NCBI GenBank assembly: GCA_052033915.1 | Contig: JBPOJF010000013.1 | Coordinates: forward strand, 78,400-142,399 | Source: Lentisphaerota bacterium | Lineage (GTDB): Bacteria; Verrucomicrobiota; Kiritimatiellia; CAIQIC01; JAGNIJ01 | Direction of reading: 5' to 3' | Length of the DNA: 64,000 nt | Part shown: one piece after another, positions 43,568-52,748 of the stretch | Position numbering within the stretch: position 1 is the stretch's first letter | How the letters are laid out: each line of letters opens with the position of its first letter | The notes under the pieces: model-generated | The model's input: only the letters and a program-made list of their open reading frames with translations | Database searches by the model: none | What the model was told of the DNA's origin: nothing | Position numbers and translations under genes: made by a program

Positions 43568-44181
43568 AGGGGGGATGCCTCCCTCATAGGAACCGCTTTC
43601 ACATAGAACTCGTTCTCCGCGTCCTCCACAAAATTCACGTGGAATCCGGCGTCCCGCAAGAGAGATTGGATTCCAAGGGCGCACGGCATGCGATCATGGC
43701 GCACGACTTCAGAGAATCCGGCATGCAGCGAGTTCAGCCTGGCGCTTCCTTCCAGGTTGGCGATCACCAGTCGCCCTCCCGGCGCAAGCCAGGGGCGGAT
43801 GCGCCGCAGAATCGCGAGCGGGTTGTCGAAATGCGGGAATACCCGGAACAAGATGACCCAATCCCAACTTTCCGATTGAAGATTCACCGTTTCCGCCGCG
43901 GCGTGAACAATATCGACGTTCTCCAGATGCCCCAGTCTCAACCGGGCTTGCTCCACCATCCCGCCGCTGGCATCGAATGCCAGAACATGACCGCTGGGGC
44001 CCACCCATGTTGAGAGATACTCCGTCAACGGGCCGACACCACAGCCCGGCTCGACAACGCGTTGGCCGGTCAAGCGGCCAAGACGCCATCCCAGTCTCTC
44101 GACTTTTCGGCGATCTTCTTCGGTAAACAAGAGCGGATCCGAGCTTCTGGATACGCGATCAAAAAACTCGTTTTTTGTCAT
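43564..44181 (-). CDS. Class I SAM-dependent methyltransferase
   Basis: '[15 protein letters not shown]' motif I, '[11 protein letters not shown]', '[12 protein letters not shown]'. The track ORF 43564..44979 fuses this gene with the antisense of the permease. Real start at the internal M (ATGA overlap with the permease stop). Confidence 0.7.
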   Translation of the reverse strand: MTKNEFFDRVSRSSDPLLFTEEDRRKVERLGWRLGRLTGQRVVEPGCGVGPLTEYLSTWVGPSGHVLAFDASGGMVEQARLRLGHLENVDIVHAAAETVNLQSESWDWVILFRVFPHFDNPLAILRRIRPWLAPGGRLVIANLEGSARLNSLHAGFSEVVRHDRMPCALGIQSLLRDAGFHVNFVEDAENEFYVKAVPMREASPL

Positions 44182-44999
44182 GAGGCGACTCCTGAAGGTT
44201 CCCGCATCCGAGACGAGCGTATGGCGCGCACGGCCAGGCTGGCGGCATAGATCAGCGAGGAGATCAACACTATGCTCGCGCCCGCCGGCCAGTTGAACAG
44301 GAACGAAACCGCGAGGCCGCCGAGCGCGGCAAGCGCGCCCAGCGACATGGACCAGATCACCACGGCCTTGTATCCGCGAGCCAGTTGCAGCGCGGCCACG
44401 GCCGGATTCGTCAGCAGGCTGTACAGCATCAGGCCGCCGACGATGTTCAAGTTGACGGTGACGGTGAATCCGCACAGCGCGATCATGGCGTAGTAGAGGG
44501 CGGTGGCATGAATGCCCGAGGCGCGCGCGATCTCGCGGTCGAACAGAACGGCCTTCATTTCCTTTCCGAACGCGGAAAGAAGCGCCAGCGGCAACAGCGC
44601 GGCCGCCGTCAGCGGCAGGAGATCGGCCCATTGCACCAGCAGGAGGTTGCCCCACATCAGGCCCAGCACTTCCGACCGGCGATTCTGGAGAATCCCGATC
44701 CCCAGGAAAGCCAGCCCCAGCGTAAGCGAGAACAGGATGCTCATGATGGTGTTGGCGTGCGTACGGGTCCTGTCGGATAGCGGGCCGATGAGAACAGCCG
44801 TTGCGAAGGAAGCCGCCAGCGCCGTCCCCAGAACGGGGGTGCCGATAAAGTAAGACAGCACCGCGCCCGCCAGGGCGGCGTGCGCCAGACAGATGCCCAT
44901 AAACGGAAGATTCAACGAGACCAGAATGAAGCCCGCCAACCCGCACCCCGCACCCCCGAGCAGGCCGGTCAGCAGCCATTTGAGCTGAAGCGGCGTCAT
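44178..44999 (-). CDS. Metal (Zn/Mn) ABC transporter permease (ABC-3 family)
   Basis: ~8 TM helices, 'ALYYAMIALCGFTVTVNLNIVGGLMLYSLL' ABC-3 core. Confidence 0.75.
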   Translation of the reverse strand: MTPLQLKWLLTGLLGGAGCGLAGFILVSLNLPFMGICLAHAALAGAVLSYFIGTPVLGTALAASFATAVLIGPLSDRTRTHANTIMSILFSLTLGLAFLGIGILQNRRSEVLGLMWGNLLLVQWADLLPLTAAALLPLALLSAFGKEMKAVLFDREIARASGIHATALYYAMIALCGFTVTVNLNIVGGLMLYSLLTNPAVAALQLARGYKAVVIWSMSLGALAALGGLAVSFLFNWPAGASIVLISSLIYAASLAVRAIRSSRMREPSGVAS

Positions 45000-45790
45000 T
45001 CGGATTCCTCCGGGACGGCCAGATAGCGCCCGCCGGATTTCACTACGCGAAGCGGCAAGTCGTACAGATCCGACAGCGGTTGGTCCTGGAGGATATCGGC
45101 CGGCGATCCGATTCGGATCAGGCGGCCGGCTTTGAGCAGGGCGACCCGCGTGATACCCGCAGGCAGGTGCCGGAGGTCATGAGTGACCATGATCACGGTC
45201 ATCTGCGTCGTCCGCCACAAGTGGCCGACGAGGAGGGTAATGGCCTCCTGCCATCGGAAATCCAGATGACCCGCAGGCTCATCCAAGAGAAGAACCTCAG
45301 GTTCCTGCGCGAGCGCGCGCGCCAAATGGGCCTTGCGCTGTTCGCCGCCGGAAAGGACGACCACGGAGCGGTCGCCCAGGGCGCCGAGTTGCGTCTCCTC
45401 CATGATGCGGTCGCAGATTTGCCGGTCGCTTTCGCGGAAGCGGCGGCCCATGCCGCGTACGCCCACACGTCCGAGTTCAACCACTTCGCGAACAGAAAGC
45501 GGCAAGACAGCGACCGGGCGGGAGTGCAGTTGAGGAACGTATCCGATGCGCCGCCGGAGACGGCCCCGCGCGCGAGGCGACAACCGCCGAACGTCCGAGC
45601 CAAGGACCTTCAGTTGCCCGTCGTATTGGATCAAGCCGGGGATCGACTGAAGAAGCGTGCTCTTGCCTGCCCCGTTGGGCCCGAGGACGGCCAGAAACTC
45701 TCCGCGCTCCAGGGAAAACGACACCTCCTTCAAGATGTCCGCACGCTGTCGGCAAACACAAAGGTTCCTGGCCTCAATGATCGGCGTCAT
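44996..45790 (-). CDS. Metal ABC transporter ATP-binding protein
   Basis: Walker A 'GPNGAGKST', signature 'LSGGEQRKAHLARAL', Walker B 'VLLLDEPAGHLD'. Confidence 0.8.
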   Translation of the reverse strand: MTPIIEARNLCVCRQRADILKEVSFSLERGEFLAVLGPNGAGKSTLLQSIPGLIQYDGQLKVLGSDVRRLSPRARGRLRRRIGYVPQLHSRPVAVLPLSVREVVELGRVGVRGMGRRFRESDRQICDRIMEETQLGALGDRSVVVLSGGEQRKAHLARALAQEPEVLLLDEPAGHLDFRWQEAITLLVGHLWRTTQMTVIMVTHDLRHLPAGITRVALLKAGRLIRIGSPADILQDQPLSDLYDLPLRVVKSGGRYLAVPEESE

Positions 45791-46610
45791 GGAACCCCTC
45801 GAGGAGCGCGCCGACATTCTTTGCCACTAAAGCCCAATACGCCCCTTCCCGGCCGCTTTCCGGAAAGTTGCTGAGCATGATGCCCGGCAGGTCGGCGGCT
45901 TCCGACAGGGCTTTCAAGTGCTGTGGACCCCATTGCAGATTCCCAATCACCGCCTCCGCTCCGGCCGTCTTCGCCATGTTGACCGCACGGTTTAACTGCC
46001 AGGCCGATTCATCCGTTCCCGCGTCGAACACGGCGACTATGTTGAGGCCGATCCATCGGCAGAAGTCGTTCTGGTAGCGAGCGCACAAGACCTTGCGCTC
46101 CCGGAGGCGCTCCGTTTGAAGTCGGCTGCTCTGTTCCGTATCCACGGCCTGACTCTGAATGGACTGCAACCCTTGGCGAATCAGGTCCTCTTTCTCAGGC
46201 CATTCACGAACCAGCCGGTCCGTCAGTTCAGCGCACATCGCAACATAATTGCTTGGAATGGTGAAGGCCGGAAGCGAGGCGAGCGAAACAACGCGCCCTG
46301 TATCGAGCCCGGATTTGGAAATTCCCATATCGAGCCCGGCCTGGTAATCGTGCCGGATAAACAGACGTGCGGACGCCATGTCGGCCACTTGTCCCGGCTC
46401 AAGGTCGAAATGACCGGGACATGAACCGGGGGGCAACAGGCGTACGACTTCGACGCCGGGCCCCATGAGGTCTCTCACCGCCGCCTCGATCAGCGTGGTG
46501 GTCACCACGACCTTCGGCGTCTCCGTTGCGATTCCGACGGTCCGGGCATGCAACGAGACAAGCGCTGTGAGGGTGAGCCAGATGAATACAGATAGACACC
46601 GTTTTTTCAT
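45774..46610 (-). CDS. Small periplasmic metal-binding protein (TroA/ZnuA-like, cluster-9 SBP)
   Basis: Signal peptide 'MKKRCLSVFIWLTLTALVSLHA', 'VVVTTTLIEAAV' and 'LLPPGSCPGHFDLEP' resemble cluster-9 SBPs. Assignment by eye. Confidence 0.45.
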   Translation of the reverse strand: MKKRCLSVFIWLTLTALVSLHARTVGIATETPKVVVTTTLIEAAVRDLMGPGVEVVRLLPPGSCPGHFDLEPGQVADMASARLFIRHDYQAGLDMGISKSGLDTGRVVSLASLPAFTIPSNYVAMCAELTDRLVREWPEKEDLIRQGLQSIQSQAVDTEQSSRLQTERLRERKVLCARYQNDFCRWIGLNIVAVFDAGTDESAWQLNRAVNMAKTAGAEAVIGNLQWGPQHLKALSEAADLPGIMLSNFPESGREGAYWALVAKNVGALLEGFHDADH

Positions 46611-47272
46611 AGGGTTTGAATGGATGCTCCATCGCGCGGTTGAATGCGCGCGATGACGCCGTTGTCACCGCGTCCGCAATACCAGGTTCGTGCGCTGAGC
46701 GGCGCGAAGCCGCTGAGGGCTTTGGCAGAGCTCTGGCGCGGCCCCAGACTCCAAACAACCCACGCAAGGGGCGATTCCCTGCTGTCATGATAGCGGCCGC
46801 TGGCGCTCTGGCAGGAGGGAAAATCGTCCGGGACATAAACCTGAAACCCATCGCTCTGCAAGGAACCGTTGAGGTAATACAGCCCCGGCGCGACATACTT
46901 GTACGTGTGGCCCGGATTGAACGGGTCTTCCATCATGGAGGACACGCCTTTCTTGTTGCCGGGCGGCAGGTAGCCCGAAGTGACCAATTCCGAAGGCAAC
47001 TCGCACCAGTGTTCTCTCTCGGCAGTGTTGCATGACACCCTGACGGGCGGGTACTTCTGGTGATCTGTGTAATACAGGGTCAGCGCCACCTCGATCTGCC
47101 GCAATTCGGTACAGGTTTTGGCAACGCGCCCCTTCTCCATCGCGGAACCCAGAACGGGAACCAGAAACCCGCAGAGGACGAGAATCAGCGCGATCACCAC
47201 GAGCAATTCGACCAGCGTAAACCCGCGAGTCCTTCCTTTGCTTCTTCCTGCCGCATTGCTCATGGGGATCAT
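46607..47272 (-). CDS. Prepilin-type N-terminal cleavage/methylation domain protein with DUF1559-like C-terminus (type II secretion pseudopilin-like)
   Basis: 'RGFTLVELLVVIALILVL' is the class III signal peptide / N-methylation motif. 'ALTLYYTDHQKYPP' and the C-terminal region resemble the DUF1559 family expanded in the PVC superphylum. Confidence 0.7.
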   Translation of the reverse strand: MIPMSNAAGRSKGRTRGFTLVELLVVIALILVLCGFLVPVLGSAMEKGRVAKTCTELRQIEVALTLYYTDHQKYPPVRVSCNTAEREHWCELPSELVTSGYLPPGNKKGVSSMMEDPFNPGHTYKYVAPGLYYLNGSLQSDGFQVYVPDDFPSCQSASGRYHDSRESPLAWVVWSLGPRQSSAKALSGFAPLSARTWYCGRGDNGVIARIQPRDGASIQTL

Positions 47273-47328
47273 CCGGAAGGAACGGGGCGCGTCCAGGCCG
47301 CCCCGTTCCGGATTCCAATGGCGCCGAG

Positions 47329-48438
47329 TTAGTTCCGTTGTCTCAAGCGGTAGTAGCGCAGTTGCTCCGACGGCTCTTCTTCCACCGCAATCCATTTGAC
47401 CGGCGGCACTGTGACGTTGGTCCAACCGGCCGAATCCAGCAGGTTGGTGGTGTATTCGAGAATGTAGTTCGTGTAGGTTCCGGACCAATACACCAACGTC
47501 TTGTCGCCCGTCATCACGAACTGGAGCGTCGGCCCGATTTCCTGGACGAACAGCTCATATCCGAACCTGCCATCCGACCCGGTTCCAGATTCCTGATTGA
47601 TGATTCCGACCGCTGAAAACCAATCGTCCGGCATGGGCCCAATATCCGTCAGCGGCATGCGAAGACTGAAATATCGTCCGTTGCCGTCTGTGACTGTGCA
47701 CAGCCGGTCGCCCCAGTTCGTCTTTCCCCATCCTGTGGAGCCGTAGTCGTTCGTTGCCAGACGGATGCCTTCGATGCGAACGCGCATGCCTTGATAGTAT
47801 TCCCCGCCGGATTGACGCGTCGCGTCGAAGATCTGATTCGTGCCTTCCGACACCAGGTCGGTCAGCTCAATAACTTCGGGATCAGGGAGGCCGCGACCGG
47901 CCTCGACCAGTGTGATGTAGAAGTTGTGCGCGTCGTTTGTTCGATGCGCTTCATTGATATTCCGTTTCCCGCCGTAGAACAGCGACTTGTTCGCCGTGAT
48001 CTCCACCAGGTCGCCCTTGCGGAAATAGTGAGCGGTATTCGTGTCGTAGTTCAGCCGGTACATTTCGTTGGACCACTCCGCTTCGGAGTAGAGGTTGCCT
48101 GCCGGAATCCAAGAACCCAGGCTGCTGTAGTTCTGCCCCATCCAGAGCGCCGTGCCGCCTCGATCGCCGGCTTCCGCGGCCTGGAAGAAGACCTGCCACT
48201 GAGCGCCCATCCGCCTCCCGCCCTCGGCCCCCGGATCCCACGCGAAGTCCAGCATCTCCTCGGGGTTGTTGAGAATCACCCCGCGGATGGTGAACGGGTG
48301 CGCGCCGGTCCACGCGCTGACCCCCATCTCCGTCACGGATTGCAAGTTGGTGTGCGTTTCTGTCTGCGCCTGCGCCGTACCCATCCCCGCGCCAAGCATC
48401 ACGACCGCCGCGAGGGCACTGCTGATCGTCCTCTTCAT
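47329..48438 (-). CDS. Secreted hypothetical protein, first gene of the putative metal-regulated operon
   Basis: Signal peptide 'MKRTISSALAAVVMLGAGMGTAQA'. No recognised domain. C-terminal tail '...SEQLRYYRLRQRN' resembles the tail of the 1498-aa protein. Confidence 0.45.
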   Translation of the reverse strand: MKRTISSALAAVVMLGAGMGTAQAQTETHTNLQSVTEMGVSAWTGAHPFTIRGVILNNPEEMLDFAWDPGAEGGRRMGAQWQVFFQAAEAGDRGGTALWMGQNYSSLGSWIPAGNLYSEAEWSNEMYRLNYDTNTAHYFRKGDLVEITANKSLFYGGKRNINEAHRTNDAHNFYITLVEAGRGLPDPEVIELTDLVSEGTNQIFDATRQSGGEYYQGMRVRIEGIRLATNDYGSTGWGKTNWGDRLCTVTDGNGRYFSLRMPLTDIGPMPDDWFSAVGIINQESGTGSDGRFGYELFVQEIGPTLQFVMTGDKTLVYWSGTYTNYILEYTTNLLDSAGWTNVTVPPVKWIAVEEEPSEQLRYYRLRQRN

Positions 48439-48463
48439 CGAAATACCCGCCTCCTTCGTTATA

Positions 48464-48489
48464 GTGTTACGTATTTATAGTTTCGTAAC
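48464..48489. promoter_or_regulatory. Inverted repeat TGTTACG-N12-CGTAACA (plus a direct TTATAGT repeat), ~30 nt upstream of the secreted-protein gene
   Basis: Seen directly in the divergent intergenic region. Confidence 0.3.
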
Positions 48490-48590
48490 ATCTCACATCC
48501 GCGCGATGGTGTCAACTCTCCGATCGGGCGGCTCCGCCCGCTCCCGGAACATGCGCTCAGGTTCCTGTTGAACCGGATCGCCCGATTGTG

Positions 48591-48612
48591 TATTGATAAT
48601 GCATTATCAATA
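48591..48612. promoter_or_regulatory. Fur/Zur-box-like perfect palindrome TATTGATAATGCATTATCAATA
   Basis: 22-bp perfect palindrome matching the Fur-box core GATAATGATAATCATTATC, 40 nt upstream of znuA (+) and ~150 nt upstream of the divergent minus-strand operon. Confidence 0.55.
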
Positions 48613-48651
48613 ACAAGCGCGCCTTCCGGGGCGCGTCCGGAGCGACCAGGT

Positions 48652-49560
48652 ATGAGGAAACGATGCGCATGGCTGCTGGCGGCATGGCTCGCGGGGCCGG
48701 CGGGGGCCGCGGAGGACCCGTTCCGGATCGTCACCTCGTTCTACCCGATTCACATCGCCGTTCTGAACGTGGCGCGAAACATCCCCGGCGTCGAAGTGAT
48801 CAACCTGACCCCTCCCGTCACCGGCTGCCTTCACGAGTACTCGATGACGCCGCAGGACCTCCGGACGCTGGCCCGGGCGGACGCGTTCGTGGTCAACGGG
48901 CTGGGCATGGAATCCTTCCTGGACGAGGCGGTGAAGCGCCTGCCGCGCCTGCGTGTCATCGACGCCAGTCGCGGCATCGAGCCCCTGGACGACAATCCCC
49001 ATGTCTGGGTCAGCGTCACGCTGGCCATCCAGCAGGTGCGGACCATCGCCGACGCCCTCGAGGAGTTCGACCCGGACCACGCAGAGCGCTATCGCGCGAA
49101 CGCGGACGCCTACATCGCGCAGTTGGACGCCCTGCGCCGAAAAATGCGTGAAGGATTGGACGGCGTGAAGAACCGCCACATCGTCACGCTCCACGAAGCC
49201 TTCCCGTACTTCGCGCAGGAGTTCGGCCTGCGCGTCATCGCCGTGATCGAGCGCGAGCCCGGCTCGGAGCCCGGCGCGCGCGAGCTGGCGCAAACGATCG
49301 ACCTCGTCAGGCAAACGGGCGCGCCCGCCCTGTTTGCCGAACCGCAATACCCGGCCAAGGCGATCGATACCATCGCCGCGGAAACCGGCGCGAAGGTGTA
49401 CACACTGGACCCGGCCGTGACCGGCCCGATGGAGCCGGGAGCGTATGTGGGGATCATGGAAACGAATTTGGAGACGTTGATAGCGGCGTTGAAGGAAGAA
49501 CCCCGTCCAAGGACCGAAGTCGAAAGTCCCAAGCAACCAACCTTGGACATGGGACTTTAG
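48652..49560 (+). CDS. znuA: Zinc/manganese ABC transporter substrate-binding protein (ZnuA/TroA family)
   Basis: Signal peptide, metal-site motifs 'GCLHEYSMTPQD', 'DDNPHVWVSV', 'TLHEAFPYFAQEF'. The last ~18 codons are encoded by a copy of the dispersed repeat. Confidence 0.8.
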   Translation: MRKRCAWLLAAWLAGPAGAAEDPFRIVTSFYPIHIAVLNVARNIPGVEVINLTPPVTGCLHEYSMTPQDLRTLARADAFVVNGLGMESFLDEAVKRLPRLRVIDASRGIEPLDDNPHVWVSVTLAIQQVRTIADALEEFDPDHAERYRANADAYIAQLDALRRKMREGLDGVKNRHIVTLHEAFPYFAQEFGLRVIAVIEREPGSEPGARELAQTIDLVRQTGAPALFAEPQYPAKAIDTIAAETGAKVYTLDPAVTGPMEPGAYVGIMETNLETLIAALKEEPRPRTEVESPKQPTLDMGL

Positions 49561-49578
49561 ACGTTGGACTTCGTGAGC
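49505..49578. repeat. Copy 2 (degenerate) of the dispersed inverted-repeat element, overlapping the znuA 3' end
   Basis: 'CCGTCCAAGGACCGAAGTCGAAAGTCCCAAGC...CCTTGGACATGGGACTTTAGACGTTGGACTTCG'. Confidence 0.4.
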
Positions 49579-49588
49579 GACTGATCGC

Positions 49589-50389
49589 ATGGACCACAAC
49601 ATCACATCCGGCCATGCCGGCGCGTGCTGCACGCGGATCGAAGACCTCGGCGTCCGCATCGGCAACTCGATCATCCTCGAGAACGTCGATCTCCATCTTC
49701 ATTGCGGACAGCTCATCGCGCTGATCGGTCCGAACGGCGCGGGCAAGACAACGCTCCTGCGCGCGATGCTGGGCGAACTGCCGCACTCCGGCAAACTGCA
49801 TTTCCTCCCGGTTCGCAAGACGGGCGGGGGACCCTCGCCGAGAATCGGCTACGTGCCCCAGAAGATCGAGATGGATCTCCTCGCGCCGATCACCGTGCGC
49901 GATCTATTCGCCGGCGCCGTCTCGCGCCGGCCGATCTGGCTGGGCTGCCGCCGGAAGAGCCTGAAAGGGTCCCTCGACATGCTGTCCGTCGTCGGCGCGG
50001 ACGAACTCCTCGAGAAGAAGCTGGGTCAGCTCTCCGGCGGACAACTCCAGCGCGTCCTCCTCGCGCTCGCGCTAACCCCTGTTCCGGACATTCTTCTCCT
50101 CGACGAGCCGGTCGCCGGCGTGGATCAGGCGGGCATCGAGATGTTCTACACGATGGTGTCTCAGTTCCGCCGCTCGTTCGACCTCGCCATCCTCCTGATC
50201 TCGCACGACCTGCCCGCCATCGCGCGCTTCGCGGATCGGATGGTCTTCCTGAACCGGCGAATCCTGGCCGACGGCACGCCGGCCGAGGTTCTGTCCAACC
50301 CGCGGGTCATTCAGACGTTCGGCTACGATTTCTCCGCCGCCGCCGGCCCGCCCGCCGCCGCGCCCGTCCACCATGGAGGCGCATCGTGA
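49589..50389 (+). CDS. znuC: Zinc ABC transporter ATP-binding protein
   Basis: Walker A 'GPNGAGKTT', signature 'LSGGQLQRVLLALAL', Walker B 'ILLLDEPVAGVD'. Confidence 0.8.
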   Translation: MDHNITSGHAGACCTRIEDLGVRIGNSIILENVDLHLHCGQLIALIGPNGAGKTTLLRAMLGELPHSGKLHFLPVRKTGGGPSPRIGYVPQKIEMDLLAPITVRDLFAGAVSRRPIWLGCRRKSLKGSLDMLSVVGADELLEKKLGQLSGGQLQRVLLALALTPVPDILLLDEPVAGVDQAGIEMFYTMVSQFRRSFDLAILLISHDLPAIARFADRMVFLNRRILADGTPAEVLSNPRVIQTFGYDFSAAAGPPAAAPVHHGGAS

Positions 50390-51219
50390 ACGCGTGGCAC
50401 GCCTGGATCGCGCAACTGCCGTTCGAGTGGGCGCAGTACGCGTTCATGCACAACGCCCTGCTGGCCCTCATCCTGCTCTCGCCGCTCTTCGCCCTGATCG
50501 GCTGCATGGTGATCAACAACCAGATGGCGTTCTTCTCCGAGGCCATCGGCCATGCCGCGCTGACCGGCATCGCGATCGGCGTCGTGGCCGGGATCGCCAA
50601 TCCGCTCTGGAGCATGATTCCCGTCGCCGTCCTCCTGGCCTTCGCCATCACCCTGCTGCGCCATTACAGCGCGGCGTCGGCCGACACGATCATCGGCCTC
50701 GTCATGGCGTTCGCCGTCGCGCTCGGCGTGGTGCTCCTTTCGCGCGGCGGGGGGTTCGCGAAGTATTCCCGCTACCTCATCGGCGATATCCTGACTATCG
50801 CCCCCGGCGAAATCGCCGGCGCCGCGATCCTGCTCGCCGGGATCGCCGGCATCTGGCTCGTCTTCTTCAACCGGATCGCGCTGACATTCCTGAACCGCCC
50901 GCTCGCGAGGAGCCGCGGCATCAACGTGTGGATGGTCGAAGGGCTGTTTGCGGCGGCCGTGGCGCTCGTCGTCACCGTCAGCATTCCGTGGATCGGCCTG
51001 CTGGTGATCAATTCCCTGCTGATCCTCCCGGCCGCCGCGGCCCGGAACCTGGCCCGCAACACGGCGCAGTACCACGCGATCGCGATCGCCGTCAGCCTCC
51101 TCTCCGGAATCCTCGGCCTGATCGGGTCGTACTACTGGAACACCGCCTCCGGCGCCACCGTGGTGCTCGTCGCCATGGGCTTCTTCATCCTGTCGCTCGC
51201 CGGCCGCATCGCGCGGTAG
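50386..51219 (+). CDS. znuB: Zinc ABC transporter permease (ABC-3)
   Basis: GTG start overlapping the znuC stop. 8 TM helices, 'AFFSEAIGHAALTGIAIG' ABC-3 motif. Lies inside the long track ORF 49624..51219. Confidence 0.75.
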   Translation: MNAWHAWIAQLPFEWAQYAFMHNALLALILLSPLFALIGCMVINNQMAFFSEAIGHAALTGIAIGVVAGIANPLWSMIPVAVLLAFAITLLRHYSAASADTIIGLVMAFAVALGVVLLSRGGGFAKYSRYLIGDILTIAPGEIAGAAILLAGIAGIWLVFFNRIALTFLNRPLARSRGINVWMVEGLFAAAVALVVTVSIPWIGLLVINSLLILPAAAARNLARNTAQYHAIAIAVSLLSGILGLIGSYYWNTASGATVVLVAMGFFILSLAGRIAR

Positions 51220-51380
51220 CCTCATCGGGACGGTTGAGCGCGTTCGCCGAACGCCCCGGAAAAAGTTTCCAAGGGTTGGAAAAATCGCCGAAAATTTTTC
51301 CAAGGTCAGGAAAAAACCCTCCTCGTTGCACCAAGAAGGGCTCGAAACCGCGCGGATGGCGTGATAGAAGCGTGTGCGAC

Positions 51381-52748
51381 ATGATCAACCATCCGTGCAT
51401 GTTATATAAAACGACTTATGTGCACAGGCGACATGCCGCCGTACGCACAACCGACTTCGTTTTCAACCAGTTGATTCCGTACATCGGAAACAAGCGTAAG
51501 TTGCTGGACCTCATTGCACAGGCCTTGAAGCACTCCACGAAGTCGGGGGTCCCGACTTTTCTGGACCTCTTCGCAGGCAGCGGTGTCGTGGCCCGTCTTG
51601 CCAAGACGCTGGGATATCGAGTCATCGCCAACGACTGGGAGCCATATGCGAAAGTGATAAACGGCTGCTACATCGGGAACAACACCCCGCCCGATTTCAA
51701 GGCGCTGGGCGGATACGAGAAGGCCCTGGCCCGCCTGAACGGCCTGCCTCCCCGCGTGGACTGGATTACCGATCACCTGTGCCCGCGAGACGACGAAAAC
51801 TACGACATTGAGGTGGATCGCATGTTCTACATGCGCAAGAACGGCATGCGGATCGATGCGATCCGCCACCGGATTCTCGAATGGCGCGATTCCGGCACTA
51901 TCGACGATAGTGAGCAGGACTGTCTGCTTGCCCCCTTGCTCTATCAGGCCTGCTACACGAGCAACACGAGCGGGGTATTCAAAGGATTCCACAATGGATG
52001 GGGCGGCCAGACCCGGACGGCGCTCTACCGCATCGCCGGCGACCTGCGCCTGACGCCGGCCGTGTTCTTCGACAACGGCCAGGACAACCAAGTGCTTTGC
52101 GACGACGCGCAACGCGTCGCCGAAGACCTGCGCGCCGACGAACTGGATGTGGTGTATCTTGACCCGCCGTACAATCAGCATCCCTACGGCAGCAACTATC
52201 ATGTGCTGAATACGATTGCGCTGTGGGATAAACCGGAACTGAGCCAGACGATTACACCCGGGACCAAATCGGCCATCCGCCGGGACTGGAGAGCCGAAAG
52301 GCGAAGCGCGTACAACCACGCCGACGAGGCGGCCGGAGCTTACGCGAAGCTTCTGCAAACACTCAACTCCCGTTTCATTCTGACAAGCTACAGCACCGAC
52401 GGCTTCATCCCCCTGGAGAAGATGCTGGAAGCCAACATCCGTCGCGGACATGTCCGCATCGAGATGAAGGGCTACAAGCGATATCGGGTCAGCTCGCAAC
52501 GGTTCTCCAACAAACCCATGAACGTCGAGTTTGTCGTTGTCCTCGACACGCACAGGGCATCCGACGTCTCGTTGGATGAACTCCATCGCTCGATTACGGC
52601 CAAGGAAGAATCTTTGCTGAACGGTCACAGGGAATACGCGATTCAGAAGCCGGCGCAACCGGCCCGGTTGGAAGGAGCCAGGGCGGCTCGCCTGCGGCGG
52701 GCGAGCCCGGAACGAGGCATAGCGTTATGCAAATCAGCCACAGCTTGA
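51381..52748 (+). CDS. D12-class (Dam-like) N6-adenine DNA methyltransferase, orphan
   Basis: N-terminal 'LIPYIGNKRKLL' (D12 motif X), motif I 'DLFAGSGVV', motif IV 'YLDPPYN'. ~455 aa with a long C-terminal region. No restriction endonuclease adjacent. 22-nt overlap with metF. Confidence 0.65.
   Translation: MINHPCMLYKTTYVHRRHAAVRTTDFVFNQLIPYIGNKRKLLDLIAQALKHSTKSGVPTFLDLFAGSGVVARLAKTLGYRVIANDWEPYAKVINGCYIGNNTPPDFKALGGYEKALARLNGLPPRVDWITDHLCPRDDENYDIEVDRMFYMRKNGMRIDAIRHRILEWRDSGTIDDSEQDCLLAPLLYQACYTSNTSGVFKGFHNGWGGQTRTALYRIAGDLRLTPAVFFDNGQDNQVLCDDAQRVAEDLRADELDVVYLDPPYNQHPYGSNYHVLNTIALWDKPELSQTITPGTKSAIRRDWRAERRSAYNHADEAAGAYAKLLQTLNSRFILTSYSTDGFIPLEKMLEANIRRGHVRIEMKGYKRYRVSSQRFSNKPMNVEFVVVLDTHRASDVSLDELHRSITAKEESLLNGHREYAIQKPAQPARLEGARAARLRRASPERGIALCKSATA

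Noticed and set aside
43564-44979. 471-aa ORF in the track
   Set aside because: Only the last ~205 codons (from the M at 44181) form a real methyltransferase. The upstream part is the out-of-frame antisense of the ABC permease gene.
46607-47488. 72-aa N-terminal extension of the pilin-like ORF
   Set aside because: Prepilin proteins begin a few residues before the G-FTLVELLVV cleavage motif. The M at 47272 (MIPMSNAAGRSKGRTRG|FTLVE) fits. The upstream extension is non-hydrophobic filler.
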